A stretch of 64,000 bases of DNA from a virus. The notes under the pieces were generated by a model. That model saw only the letters and a list, made by a program, of their open reading frames with translations, was not told the DNA's origin and searched no databases. The stretch lies in IMG/VR virus record IMGVR_UViG_3300046333_000090. One strand, written 5' to 3'. The position numbers and the translations under genes were made by a program. Shown in pieces: positions 59,031 through 64,000 of the stretch; position 1 is the stretch's first letter, and each line of letters begins with the position of its first letter.

Positions 59031-59152
59031 TTATTAAATTTAATAAACCCCCTCTAGATGATTCTAGAGGGGGTTTATTTATGATTTGATACTAGTGTCA
59101 TTATTCTAGTTTCTATGCTCTACAAGTCATCCTAGACCCCTCTCAGCACATA
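59031..59152 (-). repeat. full dispersed cassette fused to the 3' end of an HNH remnant
   Basis: Reverse complement WDKPIMC-stop runs directly into TGTGCTGAGAGGGGTCTAGGATG, then hairpin and palindrome. Confidence 0.85.
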
Positions 59153-59410
59153 ATAGGTTTATCCCATGTAAGCTGATTTTCTAAGTGTGCTTCTATTAAT
59201 TGATCTAGTTTTGTTTGATGTTCTGCTGGGAATACAATATTAGGATCTGGCAACCAATTATCTACTTCTAATAGATATCTTTCTGGACTGACTAAACCAG
59301 ATTTTACTCCAAACTGGTAATGAATGTTTTGTAAGTAATTAATTAAGATCTTTTGAACAAAAATTTATTCGTTTCTTTATTCTTGGTCTAGCAATTCGTG
59401 TTTCATAGCT
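59143..59410 (-). pseudogene. 3' remnant of an HNH-family gene
   Basis: Encodes QFGVKSGLVSPERYL...HLENQLTWDKPIMC with a frameshift and no HNH motif. Confidence 0.8.
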
Positions 59411-59495
59411 ATTAATATATTGTCAGAATACTCTAGAATACTTTAGAATCGATAGTAACTATAAATATGAATAGAAATATTAAATTTAATAAGAC

Positions 59496-60407
59496 ATGGC
59501 TGCTATACAATTATTAAGAAAAAGTAGTACTAATGGAGTAATACCTACTACTGCTCAATTATTATTAGGAGAATTGGCGATCAATACATTTGAGGGGAGA
59601 TTATTCAGTAAAAAAAATAACGGCATAGAATCAATCACTGAGTTTGTAAGTACTACCGGAAATTTTATAGGTACAATAGATACGATACCCATTGGTAGAG
59701 GTACTGGAGGATTAGCAGGAAATATTAGAATAGGTATCGGAGCATTAGCAAATAATACAGGAAGTACCTCAAATATAGCGGTAGGAACAAATGCACTAGC
59801 CAGTCTTAATGTGGTTAATACTGGCAATAATATTGGATTGGGACAGAATACCCTAACTGCCAATATTAGTGGTACGGATAATATAGCAATAGGTACAGGC
59901 GCATTATCCGCCAATACAGTAAGTGGTGGTTTGGCAATAGGTGTCAATGCAGGTAGTAACAGTACTATTGGTGCGGGAAATATATTTTTGGGAAACAATA
60001 CTACATTAGCTGCTGCTGCTAACACTAATTCAATCGTAATTGGCAATGGTACGGCTGGATTAGGTAATAATACTACTGTCATCGGGACTACTGCTACGAC
60101 ATTTACTAAATTGTGGGGAAAATTATCACTAGATAGTACAATTGTTACTGTTGCTGCTACTACATTTACTATTAATAAACCAGCAGGAATTCTTCTTTGT
60201 TCTGTGGGCAACGCAATCATTACCGTAAATAATAGTTTGGTGACAGTTAATAGTATAGTGTCAGTACAGTTAAGAAATATTCCTTCCCCGACTACTGCTG
60301 TTATCCGTAATGTGGTAGTCAATAATGGGTCATTTACCATCAACTTTGCGGCAACTCCTACAGTCACCCAACCAAGAATATCATTTATTGTTATTGAGAC
60401 AATCTAA
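59496..60407 (+). CDS. tail fibre / fibre-like structural protein
   Basis: IQL.R...PT...GELAIN..EG.LF N-terminus and NxAxGxxAL repeats; late promoter at 59460-59467. Confidence 0.75.
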   Translation: MAAIQLLRKSSTNGVIPTTAQLLLGELAINTFEGRLFSKKNNGIESITEFVSTTGNFIGTIDTIPIGRGTGGLAGNIRIGIGALANNTGSTSNIAVGTNALASLNVVNTGNNIGLGQNTLTANISGTDNIAIGTGALSANTVSGGLAIGVNAGSNSTIGAGNIFLGNNTTLAAAANTNSIVIGNGTAGLGNNTTVIGTTATTFTKLWGKLSLDSTIVTVAATTFTINKPAGILLCSVGNAIITVNNSLVTVNSIVSVQLRNIPSPTTAVIRNVVVNNGSFTINFAATPTVTQPRISFIVIETI

Positions 60408-60408
60408 A

Positions 60409-60490
60409 TATACGCGGAGAGGGGTCTAGACTGCCTTACAACGCACGAAAACTCCAAATATGACTACAAGTACCAGATTACCTAAATAAT
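60409..60490 (+). repeat. dispersed cassette core
   Basis: CGCGGAGAGGGGTCTAGACTGCCTTACAACGCACGAAAACTCCAAATATGACTAC. Confidence 0.82.
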
Positions 60491-60510
60491 TAATATTAAT
60501 AATAAAAATT

Positions 60511-61014
60511 ATGTCATTATTACAAACATTAGAAATAGTAGATTTGATTAGTAACAGTATTAATCAAATCTCTAACACCAAAATTGCTTTATCGAATCAA
60601 GTCGATCAGTTACTAATCAAATTAGAACACCCAGATGTATTAAAATCGATTAGCAATGAAGAATTGCAACGATGTATCGATGTAATTAATGATGCTGGAG
60701 TAGTACTGAATAGAACTTATCCTAATAAAATTGTTCCTTACCCCCGCCCCATTGAATTTAAAAAATACTGTACTAATAAGGCGAACCCAGTATACACAGT
60801 GTATCAGAAAATTATGTATGCTGCTACTAAAGATCTGGCTAAATTCTCCGCATTATATATATTTTCCGAGTTGCTCTGGTATGATGTGTATGAGGTGGAT
60901 AGAGTTGAGCAATCTTTAAAGTACGTGTTATCATTAATTCCGCTTTCTTCCGAGGAATTACAGATAATGCAGTTAGCTTGTGATAAGCATTATTTAAACA
61001 TTAATTTAAGCTAA
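60511..61014 (+). CDS. hypothetical protein
   Basis: Clean ORF after the fibre genes. Confidence 0.6.
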   Translation: MSLLQTLEIVDLISNSINQISNTKIALSNQVDQLLIKLEHPDVLKSISNEELQRCIDVINDAGVVLNRTYPNKIVPYPRPIEFKKYCTNKANPVYTVYQKIMYAATKDLAKFSALYIFSELLWYDVYEVDRVEQSLKYVLSLIPLSSEELQIMQLACDKHYLNINLS

Positions 61015-61065
61015 TTTTTTGATTATAAATAATAATAATAATAATACAATTGCAAATAATATATC

Positions 61066-61311
61066 ATGAAATTACAAGAATTCCGCGATGACTTTCAATT
61101 ACAACTACAACAAGTATCACAAAAAATTCAAGAATTGACTACTGAGTTGCAAGGCTTACAACAGCAAGCTTTGAAGCTTCAAGGGGCATGTGAGGCGGTA
61201 GATCTAATTGATCAAAATATGGATTTAGTAGTACCACAAGTAGTGGATTTTGAAGAACCATCCATTATTGATGTAGAATCCACACCAATTAAACGAACTA
61301 CTAAGAAATAA
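61066..61311 (+). CDS. coiled-coil hypothetical protein
   Basis: Late promoter at 61024-61031; KLQGA.E motif. Confidence 0.6.
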   Translation: MKLQEFRDDFQLQLQQVSQKIQELTTELQGLQQQALKLQGACEAVDLIDQNMDLVVPQVVDFEEPSIIDVESTPIKRTTKK

Positions 61312-61316
61312 TAAAT

Positions 61317-61556
61317 ATGGATGTATCTAAACTGCTGGAATCTATTGATACTTTGTCTACTCAAGCCATGACCACAATTAGTAATACATTTGATAGTGCC
61401 GGAATTACTAATGACCAACTTGCTACTACAAGAATGGCAACTTGTGTTAATTGTCCTCATTTTGTATCATCTTCTGCCAAGTGTAGTATTTGTGGGTGCT
61501 ACATGAAACTCAAATGTAGGTTAATTGGTGCAAAATGTCCAGAAAATTTGTGGTAA
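61317..61556 (+). CDS. small Cys-rich Zn-binding protein
   Basis: R...CxxC...CxxCGC...K......CP...W. Confidence 0.7.
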   Translation: MDVSKLLESIDTLSTQAMTTISNTFDSAGITNDQLATTRMATCVNCPHFVSSSAKCSICGCYMKLKCRLIGAKCPENLW

Positions 61557-61565
61557 CTATTCCCT

Positions 61566-61645
61566 AATGTTCTCTCAGATGCCCCTAGAATGCCTTGTAA
61601 GGTCTTTTGGGGCATTTTGATATAAATCCATATTAAATTTAATAC
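61566..61645 (+). repeat. degenerate cassette copy with palindrome
   Basis: TCTCTCAGATGCCCCTAGAATGCC...TATTAAATTTAATA. Confidence 0.6.
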
Positions 61646-61815
61646 CATGTTGCTGTAGCCAATTCTCGTTAGACTTAATGTTATTACAAATCTTTCAAAA
61701 GAAATATCAAAAAAGATCGAATATCCTCTTGACATTCGATATTCGATAATGTTAGCTTTAGTGCATGGGGAAAACAAACACCCCAACTAACCACTAAACA
61801 GCTAAACGAAATTAT

Positions 61816-63045
61816 ATGTCAATCGAAGTCGTAAACCATACTACAGCAACAGCAACAGGTAAAGTAAAAAGTCCTTCTGCCTACCTCAAATCTATTACAG
61901 ACGCAAAGAAAATTGGCGAATTTTTCACAATTCCTTTATCAGCCTTAGAAATATACCCAAACTTCAACAAGCGCACTGACTATAAACTCGATGAATTGAA
62001 ATTATTTATTGAACAAAACAGTGTTAGTGCATTACCAGCTATCAAGCTAATGTATATCGATGGCAAATTGTATGTAGAAGAAGGGCATCGGCGACAAAAA
62101 GCTTGTGTTGAACTGGACTTGCCCCCAGAAACCCCAATCAAAGTATTTATTGGGGAACCATCATCTTCCGCAGAAAGACTAGCGCGCCAAATTTCCAGTA
62201 ATTCTGGGGAGAAATATAATTTTGTAGAGATGGTGGCGGTGGTTAAAGAGTTGATTCAAAAGGAAGGTATGACCCAGACTCAAGTAGCCAAGATGATTGG
62301 TAAAACTCAAGGTTCTGTAAGTCAGATGTCTTTGTTCTTCAATTACAGCAATCTCTTGCTGCTCGAAATTCAACATGGTTCCATCAAGTATACACGAGTA
62401 ATGGAATTACAAAAATCTGGTTATACCGAAGAACAGATTTTAGAAGTAATCAAGAAAAGTACTCATAATTCTACTTCAGATAAAGCACCAGTACCACCAA
62501 TAAATCCTGATTCTGATAAATTAAACCAATTGTTAGGCGACGATCATCCGATAGATGATAAAAATACATCTGGTGGTAAGCGGAAAGGTAGTAAATCTGG
62601 TGGTAAGCAGAAAGGTAGTAAATCTGGGGGTACGCGGAAAGGGGATGAACCCGTAGAAGAGGATCTGATTAATGCGGAATCCCTAGAAAACCCAGAAGAG
62701 GATCTGATTAATGCGGAATCCCTAGAAAACTCAGAAGAGGATCTGATTAATGCGGAATCCCTAGAAAACTCAGAAGAGGATCTGATTAATGCGGAATCCC
62801 TAGAAAACTCAGAAGATTATGATGACGAAGAACTAAAAAAAGCGGTAATACTCAAAGATAGCGGTGTTGCTCCCAATAAACCAACTGCAACAGAGACTAG
62901 TATTAAAAAAGTTAATGTAAAATTGGTGTTGGTCAATTTCTTCATTGATGCCAAGATTGTTGATAATGGCGATGGTACTGTTTCATACAACATCACCCAA
63001 GAACAGCACGCTGAGTTTCAGCGTAATTGTATGAATATCCAGTAA
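61816..63045 (+). CDS. ParB-like CTPase domain + HTH protein with acidic repeat tail
   Basis: FNKR, EGHRRQKA (ParB GxRR box) and HTH GMTQTQVAKMIGKTQGSVSQ. Confidence 0.78.
   Translation: MSIEVVNHTTATATGKVKSPSAYLKSITDAKKIGEFFTIPLSALEIYPNFNKRTDYKLDELKLFIEQNSVSALPAIKLMYIDGKLYVEEGHRRQKACVELDLPPETPIKVFIGEPSSSAERLARQISSNSGEKYNFVEMVAVVKELIQKEGMTQTQVAKMIGKTQGSVSQMSLFFNYSNLLLLEIQHGSIKYTRVMELQKSGYTEEQILEVIKKSTHNSTSDKAPVPPINPDSDKLNQLLGDDHPIDDKNTSGGKRKGSKSGGKQKGSKSGGTRKGDEPVEEDLINAESLENPEEDLINAESLENSEEDLINAESLENSEEDLINAESLENSEDYDDEELKKAVILKDSGVAPNKPTATETSIKKVNVKLVLVNFFIDAKIVDNGDGTVSYNITQEQHAEFQRNCMNIQ
62569..62643 (+). repeat. 27-bp tandem repeat x3 (SGGK(R/Q)KGSK)
   Basis: TCTGGTGGTAAGC.GAAAGGTAGTAAA units. 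Confidence 0.8.
62656..62811 (+). repeat. 39-bp tandem repeat x4 (EEDLINAESLEN(P/S))
   Basis: GAAGAGGATCTGATTAATGCGGAATCCCTAGAAAAC(C/T)CA occurs four times. Confidence 0.95.
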
Positions 63046-63177
63046 TTTAATAAGGGAACGCTTGATACCGATCCCTTTAATGACAAGAAGGTATTAAGTC
63101 AAACTACTTCAATTTTAACCTTTTTTTAACCATTTACTACTTGACTTATTAACGTCGTATGTACTATACTAACTGTA

Positions 63178-63444
63178 ATGAGTCTAAAACTCACGTCTTC
63201 TAACCCAAACAAGGAATATCGAAACATGAACGCTAAAGATATGATCATTTCATCGGTAGACTCTAATGGAGATGTCACTATTCTTGCCACTAAGTACGAT
63301 CCCACAATTCTCCACCCTATCACGGTGTTTGCCAACACTGGATTTTACGGGTGGATTCTAAAAATCCACGACAACAAAACTACGATTAATAATGATGCTC
63401 CTACCAGCATCTTAAATCGAGTATATAACTTAATCACTTGGTAG
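63178..63444 (+). CDS. hypothetical protein
   Basis: 88-aa ORF. Confidence 0.5.
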   Translation: MSLKLTSSNPNKEYRNMNAKDMIISSVDSNGDVTILATKYDPTILHPITVFANTGFYGWILKIHDNKTTINNDAPTSILNRVYNLITW

Positions 63445-63459
63445 ATTCTATGTCCAATC

Positions 63460-63493
63460 CAACTAAGTCCACACATTTGTGTGGACTTAGTTG
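63460..63493. terminator. long perfect hairpin
   Basis: CAACTAAGTCCACAC-ATTT-GTGTGGACTTAGTTG. Confidence 0.6.
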
Positions 63494-63585
63494 ATGCTAC
63501 TTTAGTATTATAAACTTTCTTCTCTGTTTCTGTTTACCCACTTCAAAAAAAAAATATAACTAAAAAGTTATCTTTTTTTTGTTAT

Positions 63586-63732
63586 TGGGATAAGCCAATT
63601 ATGCTCTCAGATCCGTCTAGAGTGCCCCTCAACGCACGAAAACTAGAATAATGACTTACTATATCAAATTACAGCTGTCGTGCCTTACAGAGCATTCTAG
63701 AGGGATATTAAATTTGATATAGTAAGTCATCA
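63586..63732. repeat. HNH 3' tip plus cassette core, followed by rearranged inverted cassette fragments
   Basis: TGGGATAAGCCAATTATG-CTCTCAGATCCGTCTAGAGTGCCCCTCAACGCACG; ATGACTTACTATATCAAATT and AATTTGATATAGTAAGTCAT form an inverted pair. Confidence 0.7.
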
Positions 63733-63917
63733 TATTAATATTGGGATATCCGCCATTGTGCTTAATCTGTTAAAATGGCTTGCAATTAGATCGGATTAGT
63801 GAGATAGTTAAAACAGTTAAACAAGACAACCAAAATAATATGACATATCTTGAATTATACGATGTATTACACAAGCTGTTCCCAGATCTGGTAGGAGAAC
63901 TCAACAATCTAGATTAT

Positions 63918-64000
63918 CGGAGATTTGGGTAAAAACCCCGTCCTGAAGGACGGCTTTCTTCTAATTGCTCCTTGACTTTCTATATTTTCTCCGCTATACT
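63918..64000 (+). mobile_element. left end of a second copy of the IS200/IS605 element (runs off the window)
   Basis: Near-identical to 5338-5420; follows ATTAT and interrupts an ORF starting at 63840. Confidence 0.85.

Noticed and set aside
59555-60367. Long antisense ORFs over fibre and tail genes (also 58015-58644, 41691-42212, 46099-46581, 26735-27136)
   Set aside because: Shadow ORFs arising from codon bias of the recognisable genes on the opposite strand.
62656-62811. 39-bp repeats as a CRISPR array
   Set aside because: Head-to-tail with no spacers, and in frame within a CDS.
1-64000. tRNA/rRNA genes, and a reverse transcriptase-based (DGR/retron) system
   Set aside because: No cloverleaf/TpsiC signatures, rRNA-like stretch or RT motifs were recognised by eye; tRNAscan-SE and HMM searches would be needed to exclude them.

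Overview
AT-rich segment of a large T4-like (Tevenvirinae/Kyanoviridae-type) myovirus. It probably infects a freshwater cyanobacterium, since it carries nblA and cyanobacterial-type IS200/IS605 elements. Left to right: a tnpB 3' end; the replication module (gp44, gp62, regA, uvsX, intein-containing gp41, MazG-like, primase); probable virion/internal proteins; ribonucleotide reductase; an M15 endolysin; split RNase H; ThyX; NblA; an RNA ligase split by a MobE-like HNH gene; exonuclease, gp33, gp59 and gp32; the baseplate/tail module (gp53, gp48, gp4, gp2, gp54-like, gp26/gp51, two divergent tape-measure/hub-like hydrolase paralogs, gp27-like, gp5, fibres); a ParB-like protein; and a second IS left end. 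Most notable: (1) nrdA is broken into three in-frame ORFs, with the redox CxxC tail on an unannotated 57-aa ORF, and nrdA/nrdB carry three inteins. (2) About 14 copies of a modular non-coding cassette (conserved core, late-promoter-like motif, covarying hairpin, ATTAAATTTAAT palindrome) are physically tied to an HNH gene family that has internally deleted MITE-like derivatives. (3) A protein-free IS605 element retains a promoter and a TnpB omega-RNA-like end. (4) gp26 and gp51 appear joined by a -1 frameshift. All calls come from motif recognition by eye, with no database searches, and repeat boundaries are approximate.
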